A DNA stretch of 64,000 bases from Takakia lepidozioides (lineage: Eukaryota; Plantae; Bryophyta): NCBI GenBank assembly GCA_030704615.1, contig CM060731.1:64480001-64544000 (forward strand), in the 5' to 3' direction. Both the position numbers and the translations under genes were made by a program. A model generated the notes under the pieces. The model did no database searches. It was not told where the DNA came from and was given only the letters and a program-made list of their open reading frames with translations. This document shows, one piece after another, positions 25,399 through 39,230 of the stretch. Position 1 is the first letter of the stretch; each line of letters starts with the position of its first letter.

Positions 25399-26004
25399 GA
25401 CCTTCGCCCTTCTTCTACAAACTCAATTGCTTTTCTACTTGAAATGTTCAAGCTCCCTTCTTTAGGCCTATCACACTAGAATCGTTTTACCGTCGCCACT
25501 GGTCCCCCAAGACAGAATAAGGCTTGATCTCAAAAACCTTAAATACAAACACACACACAACCCCCTCTCCCCCTCCCCCGGCCCTACACACAGAGCTTAA
25601 ACCCAAAACCTCTCAAGGTTACAAGCAAGCCAATCAAACGAATATATGACAAGGCTTTTGAAACTACAAACTCAGAGCTTCGAACCCCACATTATCTCGC
25701 TGAATTGACGCTAACAATCTCGCAAAAGCATTCTAACGTCGAGCTACCTGGTGAGCCCACATGAAATGCCGACATAACATCTTAATCCAGATCAACCTTA
25801 ACCCTCCCTCCCTCTCACCAGCGATCTCAATGAACCGAACTTCGGAATGACATCTAGGGCTTGCTTCTAAGTCCAAGTGCAATACCCTATTTGTGGTTTT
25901 AGGTTTTAGAGGTTTTATTACAGGAGGGTTTTGGACGCAAAGACGGGCACTGCTTTCCTGGATTCGCGGTTGAAGGGCAGGCTGAGGAGGGGCGAGTATT
26001 TTCA

Positions 26005-26995
26005 ATGGGATCCAATCCCAAGACCACCCTCTATGTTGGTGGGTGTTTGTGTCTCTCTCACACAGTATTGCAAGGTCGTTATTGGTTTCGTGAGTCAGAT
26101 TTTTCATTAACATTTCAATGCTTCCATTTGTGAGGATAGAAACCTTACTCAAATCACCGTATCGATCCCTTTCAAAGCATGCTTCTGCATAGCACGAAGG
26201 AGAAGAGGATGCCAACCTGAAAGTGAACCTTAAAAACAGGAATGGGAAGTTTGATTCGGAATCTTTACAAACTGGCTATGGATATGGTCAACAGGAGGGC
26301 TGGAGGAGAATGTGAAGGAGGGGGCGCTGCATACGGCCTTCATACCGTTCGGAGACATCAAGGATATAAGCATTCCCTTAGACCAGTCCACTCAAAAGCA
26401 CCGGGGATTTGGTTTTGTGACGTACCTTGAGAAGGAAGATGCTGGTGCCGCGATGGACAACATGCACAATGCTGAGCTATATGGCCGTGTGCTGACTGTG
26501 AATTATGCACAACCCATCAAGATCAAGGGTGGCGAGCAGGGATGGGCCTCACAACCAGGTATGGTATAAGTTTCCGCCATGTTGATAGTTGGGGTCACTT
26601 TTTTCAAGAAAATTCAGCTTAGGTGTTTCGAATGTAACTAGAGCTAATTCTGCTCACAGTGAACAGGAGGATGCTGTTTGAGAAAGATGCATGTCTATGT
26701 GTGTCCGCAGTGTGCACATTTAGCCAATTCACCCCACCTGGGTATCAATCTCATTCAGCCAGTCTGGGTGGTTGCAGTATGGGCAGATGCAGACACTTGG
26801 TTTGAGCGGCAGCAGCAAGAAGAAGAGATGCAGCGCTTGCAAGCTGAACACCAGGCCACTGTGAAAGCTGCTGAAGAAGAGGAAAGAAAGAAGGCCATGG
26901 AGGCTCGCAATGGGGAGACCGAGGCAGCAGAGGAACCTACTGACCCAATGGAGCAGGCTGAGGCTGAAGTTCTTGCCCAAAATTCTCCTCATTAA
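26005..26995 (+). CDS. RRM protein related to the cyclophilin E (PPIE/Cyp33) N-terminal RRM, with acidic coiled-coil tail
   Basis: Exons 26005-26038 ([11 protein letters not shown]), ~26295-26558 ([36 protein letters not shown]) and ~26778-26995 ([16 protein letters not shown]). Confidence 0.9.
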
Positions 26996-28429
26996 TCTCT
27001 CTCCCTCCAAACTTGAGCATGTAGGCTATTACAAGTGTGGGACTGTGATGGATGTGTGCTCCTTGTTTGACATCATGGCTGTTTGATCTCATTGCATGAG
27101 AAATTACAAGATTTCAGGATCAGGGCCCTGCCAACAGCAGGTGGAGCCCTCTAAGGTGCTGGTCTTTTCATCCTTGAAAGTGGCTGGACCGTCATGGGAG
27201 GTGGGTTGATGTTACTGGATATAGTACAAAAATGCGAGAAAACAAGCTGCCAAAGGTGCAGCTGGATAGAAACAGAGAACATCCCACAAGCAGGGGTATG
27301 AATTTTGCATTAGAGAGTTGACTGCAGATGAATGAAGCAGGGTCTGCAACCGACACAGCCCTCCTCTTCCTGATGTGGATTGTGGACCACCTCTGTAAGC
27401 AGGCCATGACATCACTGCTCATCAGTGTGCCCCTGCCATATTGTGCCCATAATCAGAAATGCGGTAGATGCTAACTGATTTTGGGGTGTATTGATCTATT
27501 TGTGGTAGCAAGTGAAGCAATAACACATCATTTTTCTGATTGTGTGTCTTTGTGCAATCATGTTTGCATGTTTTTAGGAGTCATCTGTCATGATATTAAG
27601 GTCTTACTTTCTGTCTACTTTGCGAAACTAACTGTGTTGCATTCTCAGCTGGCGAATTTGTTGCAAGCAAGAGGGCTAGAGTTGGCAGTGCCAGATGTTT
27701 TCTAGTATGGTATCATTGACTCTGCTCAGTTTTTGTGTCGGACTAGCATGATTTTCATGATGGAGGATGCCAAATTTTGACTAAATGGTAGCGTGGATGG
27801 TTGTCCCCAGTAAACTTACCATGAAATACTACATCTCAGACAATTTTTCAATGAATTAGATTTAGCAGTCCTCGTATTCGCGTAGTTGGTAAACGCTTGG
27901 GGCTGGATTGTCCGTAGCCTCCGCCGAAGATTGGTACGAAGAGTTGTTTGTGGAGAAGGTTCCGAGAAGATTGGTACACCCGAACAACAATAATCATACA
28001 CAACAGTGCTACCTTGTGTGAAGATCCGGCATGAGGGACTGATTTCCAGTCTTTTGAGGAGGAAGCAATGCATATCCAAACTTGTCCTGCAAACGAACAC
28101 GATGAGCCCACCACAAAGTTGCAACGATATATCTACACGCTACCACATCTCACCTTGAACTGTTGGCGGCATGGCACGCCATGGTGAGGATTGTATATGA
28201 TAGCTCCACATGTCTGCAAATCACCAGGGAGACCTCGAAACTTTGTGAGCATGACAAAGCTAAATAAAGGGTGGAGGAAGAGTCGAGGCATGGAGGGAAG
28301 AGACGGGGAGAGTTGCGAAGGCAGAGGAAGTAGCCTCACCACTTGGCTGAAGCCTTGCACTGTATTTTACAAGTCTGTGGAGAACCCAAGACCAAGCTCA
28401 AAATCCTCTGGTCCCTGGTCTATACCCCG

Positions 28430-29278
28430 TGGTCTTCAACGGCTCGCCCCCACTCACTGCCTGTACTGTCTCGGTAGGTAGAGAGACCGTCAAGGGAAGT
28501 GCACTCCGCACTCTACGTTGCTCAGCCATAGCCAAGCTGATAATCCAGGTCAAGCAATTTAGATCCATCGTTTGCCCCAACACCTGACGACGTGATGCCT
28601 CAAAAAGAGAAGGCACCGTCGTGGTCCCAGTGGAAAAACCCGTAGCCCGCTCTCGTTCGTCGGCATTAGGCTCCACTAACTGTTGCAACTTAGCATCCCA
28701 CAGAAGGCCAGGTCTATCCCGGAAAGCATGCGATCGTGGGAAGCTGAGCAGTGTAGATAGTGCTGCTCGTGGTTGACCCACCTTGTTGACCACTGCCAAA
28801 GGCGAACGGTCATCGTGTCTCACACGCTGAGACTGCCTCCCTGTGTCCAAAATGCTATCCACTGTGAGGTGTGCTAGCCGCTGCACCCCATCAAATGCAC
28901 GCTTAAGCAGTGCGGGTGGCATCAAGTTAGTCCACCATAACCATGGACGATGAGCCCGTAACCCCACTGCAGCTGCATCCAGCAACACTGCTGACCCTAG
29001 CCACTACCGGACTTGATGCACACTGGCCATCACCCTGGCCCGAGAATCGCCCATCAGTGGCACATTCTCCAAGATGTATGCTGGAGATACAACCTGATGA
29101 AGCTGTAAGTGGCGCAAAACCCGCACCATCTCCCAAAACATACCCGACCTCGAGTCTCGCAATCCATTGTCATGCCCGGCTGATGATTGCCCTTGGCAAG
29201 GCCAACCTGCCACTACCAATCAATGAAGCCAACCCCCGCTCCAAATCCTTCCTTGCGCCCCCAGCAAAGAGATTTTCT
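28430..29278 (-). pseudogene. Retrotransposon-borne C5-cytosine DNA methyltransferase domain, copy C (motifs III/IV to X)
   Basis: DLVVAGWPCQGQSSAG..GLRDSRSGMF (motifs IV-V), YILENV (VI), LDAAAVGLRAHRPWLWWTNL (VII-VIII), ERERATGF..GTT (IX), RRQVLGQTMDL (X). One in-frame stop at ~29004 and frameshifts upstream. Confidence 0.88.
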
Positions 29279-29815
29279 TGCACCTAAGCATCGTGCTACA
29301 ACATACATCGTTTTCCACCATAACATTCCTAAGCACACAATCCTAGAAAGCAATGCCACAATGGATAATAAAAGTGAACACAAGGGAAACACTCCACTCA
29401 TGAATCCACTCAATTACATAAACTTAGTCAAGCCAAGGGCACCCTTGCTAAGGGAATCCACCCTACAAAGTCCTCAACACACTCCCTCTCAATATCTAGA
29501 GCTATGGAGGTGAGAGAGGCTCATGGAGGCTCAACTACAAGAAGATTAGCCCTCCTCAACGCTCACAAGGGGAAAACCCATCCCCATGTCCCAAGTGAGG
29601 TTTGACGCCTCACTTGGCATGTGAGACCAAATGAAATCCCAACACACAAAATACAAATATGAATATCCAAAATATCCTAGTTAACTAGAAGTAGGTAATT
29701 CTAGTTAACCATGACTAAAACCCTGACAGCTGTCGTGCACCTAAGCATCGTGCCACAATATACATCGTTGTCCACCATACATTCTAAGCACACAATCCTT
29801 GAAAGCTATGCCACA
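29279..29815 (-). repeat. 3' LTR region of retrotransposon copy B
   Basis: Begins TGTGGCA just after the purine tract (29818-29827) and ends ..GGTGCA. Shares GCACGACAGCTG with the LTR of copy A. An ~82-bp direct repeat occurs at 29279-29361 and 29736-29816. Confidence 0.7.
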
Positions 29816-32800
29816 ATCGCCCCCCTAGCTGGTGATTAGGTCCCTCTAACACCGGATAGCTGACAAGTATCCATCTCAATAAGCTCATCGCTTGGTCTTC
29901 AATTGCAGTCCCAACACCTGAAGTCGATAGATCAAGAGGCCGGATGCAAACGTAGCCCCATCGTTAGTCGCCTTCATGCAATCCATGATCTTCAGTTGAG
30001 TATCCATGGCATTGAAACCCCACTAGCTAGATCACTTGTCCGCCTCACCATTGTCATGCCCACTACCTCTGTCCAAGGCATCGTGGACACAACCATTCTC
30101 CGATAGGAACCTCCTCAAGTGGCGGTGTCAAGCATCCCATGTACCACCCCCTTGAGCATTTGTCACATACCAGCATGGTGGCGGGACTACCAACATGCCC
30201 AAGTAGCATGCAACGCAATCCTGTAGGTACCACTGCAAGGTTGGGATCTATTCTCCCATCCACATGTGGAAGGTCACATGGCGCAATTGCGCACATGGTC
30301 TTTCCATACCATGCCATCTCGACCCTCCAGAATCAACACTCCTGAAAGTAACACCTCCCGGACCCTTAGAATCACACATCCTACTGTGACATCCAAAGTC
30401 GTAGGCGTTGTCTGCTGTAGATACACATAGTCCCTAGGGTGGAAACGCCGAACACCTGGCCGATATCCCCCTCCACGTATAGTAACGTACCTCAATGTGT
30501 CTCGGTGTTGGGCAATAGCAAGGTTCTCAAAAGCCATAGGCATGACTCTCTTGAACAACTCTGCCCGTTGGGCACATGCTTGTGTCCACACATCCGGATC
30601 ATCAAGGTTGAGGACTACTGCAGTCTCCCTGCAAATAGATGCAGGCAAATCTGGCTCTCGGCCGAAGAGTTGAAAGTAAGGCGAGAAGGAGGCAAGTGAA
30701 GCTTGTTTGCTGAACCTATAGCCCATAGCTAGCCAAGGCAGTTGGAGGTCCCAATCTCCTAGGTGTCCCTTCTGCAAACCGTACTTACGCAAACCTCTCT
30801 TGACTGTCTGAACAACTCTCTCCGCCAAGCCATCAGCCTCGAGATGATCCCGAGAAGTAGTGCGGTGATCTATCAAGGCTTGCTCACACAAAGCCTGAAA
30901 CTCCCCCAAGAATTCTCTCCCCTGGTCCGTGTGTACCTCGGCTGGAGCACCAAAATGGCTAAGCACTCGATCTTAGAATGCATACGCAGCCCCCTCACTT
31001 GCCTTGTCAGGCAATGCCACCAGTTCAATCCATTTGGAGAAGTGTTTCACCATCACCAACACATACTTGTTGTGGCAAATCGTCAGTGGCAATGGGCCTG
31101 CGAGTCAAGACTCCAACGATAGCCCACACCCATAATGGGTAAAGGATGCAATTGTGGAGTAGGGGTGTTGAAAGAAGCCCGCACTCTACCACACACCATG
31201 CACCTTGCCACTAACTGTTGTACATCCGTGTGCATGCCCCGCCACCAATACTGCCCTTGCAGCAAACTATGAGTGCGCCGCACCCCAAAATGTCCCAACT
31301 CCTCATAGGCATGGCGTACCAATCACCCTCGTTGTGTTGGATGAGGCACAATCCTCACTCGTCCATCCTCCCATATTCGGAGTAGGTGGGTCCCCTCCCA
31401 CTTGAACCTCTTGGCTCATTGTAGGATCCGATCTCTTTCCTTAGCAGTCACACTGGCTGCTGTCTCTCTAGTACAAAGGTAGCCAACACTGCTGCATCTT
31501 CATGCACATCCTTAGCACCACCAAGCTCCTCACTGATCTCCGGATCGTCATGCACACCATCTACATGACCAATGCTATGGTATGGACCAGCTTGAGCTCT
31601 CATTGCTAGGATGCACAAAAAGGCAGATGCATGCCATCCTGGCACCATCTCTTCATCCGTCTCACCATGCCACCGAGCTCCATTATCATCATGCTCGCTC
31701 GTGGATTACGACTCAATCCATCTGCATCCCGATTGACAATACCAGCTTGATGCACCACCTGAAAGTCGTATTCTTGAAGCATAAGTGTCCACCGTGCAAG
31801 CTTCCATGTAAGTTTGTCTGACTCCATCAGCCACTTCAATGGTTGGTGATCCGTGACAAGGGTGAAGAGATTGCCATAGAGGTAGCATCTGAAATGTGCC
31901 ACTACCCATACCGCAGCTAGACACTCCCCTTCATATGAGCTATACTTCGCCTCGGCATCATTGTTCGAGCGGCTGGCATATGCCACTACGAACTCTCTTC
32001 CCCCGTCATCCACCTGTGTGAGCACTGCTCCAATTCCCAGCATACTCCAATCCGTATGTAGCTGGAAAGACCGCCCCCGAATAGGCCGTCTCAGAATAGG
32101 TGTAGAAGTCAATCGAGCCTTGAGTTCCTCAAAGGCTTCCTCCTGTTCCTCTTCCCACTACCACTCCTGACCCACCTTGGTCAACTTGGTAAGAGCTTTT
32201 GCAATGCTACTAAATCCCTTGACAAACCGTCGATAGTAGTTTGCCAATCCCATGAAAGCATGAACTCCGCTCACATCCATGGGACGTGGAATGCATGCAA
32301 TGGCCTCCACCTTTGTCTGTTGAACACCCAATCCTCCAAGGTATATCATGTGGCCTAGATACTCAATCTGATCGTGGAAGAACTTGCACTTTCCGGGGTG
32401 CAGTTTCAACCCGTGCACTTTCAAGCGCTCAAAAACCACCTGAAGGTATCTCTCATGCTCCTCAACCGTAGCACTAAAGACGATGATGTCATCAATGTAG
32501 CACCGGGCGAAGTCTAGCCCCGCGAGAATCCTATCCATGTCCCTCTGAAACTCTGCAGGAGCATTCTTCAACCCAAATGGTAAGAACCGCCATTGGTACA
32601 AGCAATCCTTCCCATGTTGGTCAATCCCCCAAAATGCCGTCTTTTGCTTGTCAGCCTCTTTGATTGGCAACTGGTGGTAACCGGATCGCAAGTCCAATGT
32701 GCTAAACACCTTTGCATGCCCAATGGCATCAAAGATCTCCTCTGGAGTTGGCATGGCATATCTATTGGACTTAGTCTGACGGTTCATAGGAAGATAGTCC

Positions 32801-34007
32801 CCACACATCCTTCTTTCTGCCCAATTGCCATAGATATCCTTCTTAGCTGGCATCACCGTTGCTGAGGCATACTCCCCGCCTGATAACTCCACCAATCCAG
32901 CATCGAACAACTCCATCACTAGAAGCATTCGTGTCATTTACCACTGGGGTAACGACTCATTTTGAGTCGTAAAAGTCAAAAAACTGGGATCGACTGGAAG
33001 TTACAACAGACTAGTTACAACAGACGTGGTAGTGGGTTGGACATCCAATGATTGGAGTGGTAAAGGACGCAGACGCGCGAACAACTGCTCAGCGATTAAT
33101 GCAATTAATGCTGAAGAACCACGTGGCGTAACCAGGCGGACCGCCCGTGTGTCTGACCTTTTGGGCTGACTTTGACTTTTCCCTCCGGATGAGTGGACTG
33201 ACTCACCCGGGGCGCGGTGACACATGGATGCGGACGTGGATGCCGATGTGGCGGCGCCGCGACGAGCGGCAATGCTGCCGCGTGGCCACGGGCCCAAGAC
33301 GCCACATCGCAGTCGGCCACATCACTTGGAGTGCTGCATGTGACGTCGCAACAGCCACTGCGAAGTCGACTGCACAACTTCCGCAGACGAATCTACAGGG
33401 ACCACGTGGAGAGTGTGTGGGTCGACGCGTGGCTCGTCCCCACGCAATGCAGTGACGGGTACGACTGCTAGTGGAAAGACGCAGAGTGCTTGTGCCATCT
33501 CGGGACTGCTTTGGCCAACTCCGCTGCCACTATGCTAGTTGGTTGCACTACAGTAGGAAAACACAAAAATGAGCACTTGTAGTGGTTTGTGTGAGTTTCC
33601 AACTGACCTGCATTCTAAGCTGAAAATATGGTTCTGATGCATTCTACTGGTTTTAGTGGTTCACCCATATGCAGGGGGAATTGAGAAGCAATGATACTGA
33701 GCGAGACTCAGAACACAGACCACGATGCATGCACAACATCACGCTAATGAACCAAATAGACGAGGCAACAGGGAGACCAAAGACCATCACACATACACAT
33801 AGAAGGTGGACGGACACGACGACAAGTCAGGAAATGTGATATTACATTCAAATTAGAGACCGTCACGGCACACCTGCATATGAGCAAGACTAAATGCCAA
33901 CATACATGGTTGCCGGACATCACTTAAACTGTCATGGCCCAAATTCAAAACTGGTAACGTGAGTATCATACACACTTCTATGAGTATCATTACACACCCA
34001 ACAGGGA

Positions 34008-37000
34008 CTACAAACATGAAATGTCACTACTTTCACCTTTCCTCATACTCTTCTCTGGCCACAAAGTCACCGTGCCTTTCACGTGCGCTAGTGTGGTCTG
34101 GGGGGGGGCATCGTCCACATTTGGGCAAGGCAATGTAACACTTGGAAGCATGATCTCGTGGACTTTCACCTTGTACCACCCGGATAATGTCCTTGCAGTG
34201 GAACTTGTCAACCCCGGCTATTCCCACCACTTCCGCCTTGGCGGCGGCTGTCTTTGACCGCTTGTCATGGGGGTTCAGGAGAAACACAGGATCTGATATC
34301 TGCAGACACCAACATCAGGGTCCACTCAGCACAAACATAGCAATGACAGGGTGAAAGTCAAGCGCAACTGGGCATGGAAACGATCTTGGTTGCCACAATA
34401 CTGAATCAGCAGCAATTCACGGTGTACCAACGTACCTTGAAGCGAAGCTCGTCGCTGAGGGTGGCAACTGAGGAAAGCTGCCCACGTGTCTTCAACTGCA
34501 GCAGCAAAAAGAGGTTTAGTCAGACGGATAAGAATAACATGAACTCTGGTGGTTGCAATGGTATAAACACACCTCCACGGAGCAAGCTAACAAACACCCT
34601 GCTCAGACCCTGCACACTACAACTTCCTGGCAAAAATAACCCTACTAAAAACCAGCCAGGCAAAGCAAGGAGCCATGAATGCATGCCTGGGGAACCACGT
34701 CCTGCTGCGATGATGGTGCGGGGACAGCCCACTCCTCTTGCACCTGCAATGAATACACATTGCAACGCTTCAGAAAGTGTATCCATAAAGGAAACCAACC
34801 AAGTAAGTTTGCGGAGAGGGGCTGGGAACAACCATACCTTGGGCGCTGCCTCTCATGCCGGGGGGGAATCCGGAATGCTGCCGCCGTAGCACTATGTCCT
34901 AGGCGCAGGACCAACCTTCTTCACATTCGACCCCACTGCCACTCCCTGTACATGTGGTCCCTGCAAAACATATAGTGCCAGCCTTGCGTGAGAGGGCATC
35001 CGGGGGAAACAAAACAAACATGGACTTTGGCTTCGATGTCATGTTGCAAACAGTAAGGTTAGTTTCACCTGCATGGGCGCAGAAGTACTTCCCCAACGAC
35101 CCCATCCTCTCCCACATTCAAGCTGCCAGTCGGGGTCAGCTTCCGCGTGCTTGTGAAGACACGCACATCCTTGGAGCAAAACAAATCTTGGCAGTAGGGC
35201 CAGACTGTTTCTAAAAGGTAGTCTGAATCGGGCCCCTCACTGACATTGCCAGTGACATCAAACGACAATGGATGGACCATTTCAAAGGGGAGTTCCCCCT
35301 CCCCTTGTGTGGTGAATCATCCACTAGGAGGGTGTTGGATTCGTTAAATCCAGAAAATTCCGACCACACCCTCGACAGTCTCTTCTGTAAGTTCTGTACG
35401 GCAGGCCCTTTTGTGGGGTGTGGCTCTGTCAAGGGGTCACACTCCTCTTGTGACCACACAAAGAGGGGAGAACCCTTGACCCCCTGCATCACCACTTTGA
35501 AGATGTCTGCAACATTCCCCTTGGAAGCACAGGACCATATCCCAACGTAGAAATACCGGAAGAGAAGGTTTAAAAACTCGCAGACCTGGGGCCTTGGGAA
35601 AACATACTTGTTGGTGGTCAACACCCATGGCCAATGACGCCTCGGGTTGGGCTGAAAGTTAGGAATAGAGTGGCACAGGATCCCGTTCAGGTCTAGAACA
35701 ATTAGTTTCGACTTTTCTATGAAAGGAGCTTTTGAAGGGGTGTCACGGGGTCTCACCTCAGTGGGTTGGGAGACAACAGTCACCCCGGAGGGCAAAGTTT
35801 CGGTCCCCCTGCAGCCTGGACCAGGCAAACTACCACCCTCTCCCCCTACAGCTTCCCCTTTTCCCCCATCATGAGCAATGACCCCCCCATCGTCCATGTC
35901 ATCCCCACCAACTTGCTGGACCTCTCCCTCTTCAACGAGTGGACCCTGCCCCCCACTGTGAATATCATCAACAACAGCCCGGACCTCTCACATCACATCC
36001 CTACCCACTACATTACTTCCTCCTTGTCAGGTACAATGGTCGCAGCAGGGGGGTCTTCCATAATGCCACCGTCACACCCCCTTTTTGCCCCATCATGAGT
36101 TCCACTATCTTCTTCAGTTGTGCTTCCATTCCCCTCTCCCGCTCCGCAGAGAGAGCCGCAAGCCTCTCCAGGGCCCCGATGCGGGCTGCCATTGAGTTTC
36201 CCCGCTCCCTACGCATACAAACCCCCCCGTACTGTTAAAAACCAGAAGAAGAGGCCGAATGTGCAGGATTTCAGGCATTCGGAGATGGCTGGGTTTGGCA
36301 TAACACCCCCTCCTGTACCATGCGTGGGGGCCCCACATACCCACCAAATCTTAGTACAACAACAGATTCATGAATGGAAACCGGACTTCAAAACATACCT
36401 GGCTCAAAACAGACTCTGATGGGGTGCCAGTCGCAGCGTTCTTGCACTCCGCCCCGAGCTCGGACAGTGACGGGCTCCGCGCTTTGCGTCTTTTCTGTAT
36501 TTGCCCATCCACACACTGTCAGTACAAAATGCCAGGAGCATATGGACAAAGCACTGCCCTGCATATCACATAACAACTAATTCTGCACAAGCAATAAAAC
36601 CCACTCGTGGGTGTCTCTTCCATCAGAACATGCACAACGTAAGAGCAATGAGAAGGGGTGAGGGAGATTACCAAACGGGCTGCTTGGCCTGCAACTCCTG
36701 CCCGGCCCCAACGCGAGGGGTTCGTGACACAAGCACGCGCTTGCTTCATCCCTTCAGCCTTTGCAAGTCCACGAGGGGACTCCCAGTAGGCAACAAGCTT
36801 ATCCCAATAGGCGGGTTCAGTGTTCATTGGCCTCACACCAGTCTTCGCCCATTTATCTTTCAGTTTTGCTCTTTCTCCTTTCATTATCTTCCCACATTGC
36901 TTCACTATAAAATCACGATTGGCAGGGATAGGTGTGTACTCGTACATTCCATTTATGCCCTCTATTACTGTTGACATGGCACTCTGGGACTGCTGGTCAA

Positions 37001-37415
37001 TGTCTTGTACGCTTGAGTCAAGGTAACGCAATGCCAGGCCACGCAAATCACGCTGCCAGTGTTCCTTACCTTCGCAGCCAGCATTGATGACTCCATTTCC
37101 ATGCACCTCCACCTTGTGGCGCTTTAGCCCTGCAGCCACCCTTCCCTCTCCATCTCCTTCCCATTGTTTCATGGCATGGCGTCGTTCCTTCCTCAGCTCT
37201 GATGTCCGTTTCCTGCCCCCATGCTCTGGAGCAGCGCCGTCATACGTTGTGGGGGGTGACTGATGTGTGCCGGAGGGGGGAGGGCCGTATGGAGATGTGG
37301 GAGGCCCCCATTGTGACGTGGCAACATCAGGAAGCCAGCGCCACAACCCCGAAGCAGGGGGGGCTCCCCATGGTGCACTCTGTTGTGGAGACCATCCGGC
37401 AGGGGTGGGTGCCAA
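34008..37415 (-). pseudogene. CACTA ORF2 (TnpA-like), multi-exon and decayed, containing an FCP1/NIF HAD-phosphatase-like domain
   Basis: TnpA-like YWDKLVAYWESP..KAEGMKQARACV..SRWGRAG (36670-37200); coiled coil ~36080-36220; KLIVLDLNGIL..FPRPQVCEFL..VGIWS..NTLLVDDSPHK (35290-35715); C-terminal GWYKVKVHE..LPCPNVDDAPPQ..LWPE (34008-34290). Confidence 0.7.
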
Positions 37416-38104
37416 GGTTGGTGTTGGTTGGCATTGTGTGGTGGCTGTGAGTGCTTTGCTGCAGCTTCACTCCCCTTCCGCTGCCAAAAACATCCCACAC
37501 ACAAGGTGCATCAGCTGTAGTCCTACTGAACACAACGTCACCAGAGCACAAACCATCCCACAACCACAACTATGGATTGGCTGACCTCAAACCCACTCCC
37601 CTGCAGCGCAAGTGCCAAAAACTGAAAAGGAGAGGGACAGAATGTCCTCATAACATGTAAGCCCATTCATTGGTGAAGAAACAGAATGTGGGCGGGTTCA
37701 CATCAGTACCACATGAAACTTACCAGGAAACAGAACATCCATCCGGGTTTTGCACATATCCAGTGGACATCTATTCACACAATCAGCAAATGGCTGTATG
37801 GCGGAGCCCAGCAACGGAGCCCCAAAAGGCCTAAAGACTCTCAATGTTGGTAAACACAGGTGCAGACACAATTCAATTGAAAGGATATTGCAGACCTAGC
37901 CTCGTTGGAGTTATCAACGCATATAGCAAATGCGTACTCCAACGCAGGTGCAATGACGTGACAAAGCAACATTTCCTTGACCTAAAAACTAGTCCCTCTG
38001 CACACAGTGGTAGACCTGAAGGTTTTTCCACGATGTCCTCCCCCATGTCACAAATTGAAAACATGTTCAGGGATTTTTTCTGCCTAACTTCATTTTCTGC
38101 CCAA

Positions 38105-39230
38105 TCAGATCTCCTCTACGCTGATGATGTTGCCCTTTTGGCACAATCCCGGTCTTTCTGCAACGCCATCTCAAAATTTTGGAACAGTTCTGCAAAGACT
38201 ATGGGATGCAAGTCAATCTTAGCAAGACCAAGATCATGGTCTTCAATGGCCAGGCTGATCGTAGATTCATCTTCAACCAGCAGGAAATTGAGATTGTCAA
38301 ATCATACCGGTACCTAGGTCTGGTTATCCACTCCCCCAAGTTTCACTTTGCAGCCACTGCCTTTGGACAGATTGACTAAAGGTAAGGGGCCTCCGTCCGC
38401 CTTCACGCCAAATGCAAGCAAATACATCTGCGGCATCCCCCGACCAAAAAGTGGTGTTTGACACCGTCGTCAGCCCTGCTACCATCAATGGTTGTGAGTT
38501 CTGGGCACCTGGTGTCCCTGTCTCCTGGTGGGAAAAGAATTTGGAACCATTACAGTCATCTTTTCTCCAAGCAATGCTTGGCGCCAGGAGCACAACTCCA
38601 TCTCAGATCCTAGGTGCAGAGTTCGCATGTGTACCATTGCAATCCGAGGCACAGTTCAGGCTTACAATCTTTCTCCATAGATTGCAGGCCCTTCCACCCA
38701 AAGGGCTAGTGGCAAGGGCCCTCACAACATCTATGAGGCTCAAAGCTGCAGGTTTCGGGAACTCCTGGTATGCTCGAGTGGACAGTTTATTGAAACGTAA
38801 CGGACTTTCTACTGCTTTCCTATTACCAATGAACCCAGATGAGGTGGACATCACATCCAGACATGACCGCAACAGACTCATTCGGAGAGAGCTTATGGAA
38901 TTACATGTCAAGAGAACTTGGATGCTACCCAATCTCACAACAAAGCTCCACTTCTATCGAGAGACATTCTTGGTGCTCCGCGATGATAGAATCTTCAGAC
39001 CAAATTACCTTTCAGCACCCTTACCTCCTTCCCTCTTGAGGGCATTGGGGCGGTTCAGGGTGGGTTCCCACAACCTACGGATAGAGACTGCAGATGGGAA
39101 AACCTGCAACGGGAGGACCGCCTATGTCCAGCTTGCATAGGGCGCAGCAAGGAAATTGAAACTGAAGAACACTTCTTCTTCTACTGCCCTGTATACTACG
39201 AGATCCGTTTGAACAACTTTGTGGATATGT
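38105..39230 (+). mobile_element. 5'-truncated non-LTR retrotransposon (LINE) fragment nested in the CACTA element
   Basis: LLYADDVALL (RT catalytic motif), MQVNLSKTKIMVF..YRYLG, and C-terminal RFRVGSHNLRIETG..LCPAC..ETEEHFFFYCP zinc knuckle, with frameshifts. Confidence 0.88.

Noticed and set aside
28398-29219. Host DNMT3/DRM gene or bacterial contaminant methylase
   Set aside because: It is intronless, decayed and duplicated, and its paralogue is in frame with retrotransposon RT. No restriction enzyme or bacterial context is present.
32917-32937. ORF start MTRMLLV as the RT N-terminus
   Set aside because: These codons come from the CACTA TIR. The true RT N-terminus lies at 46783-47070.
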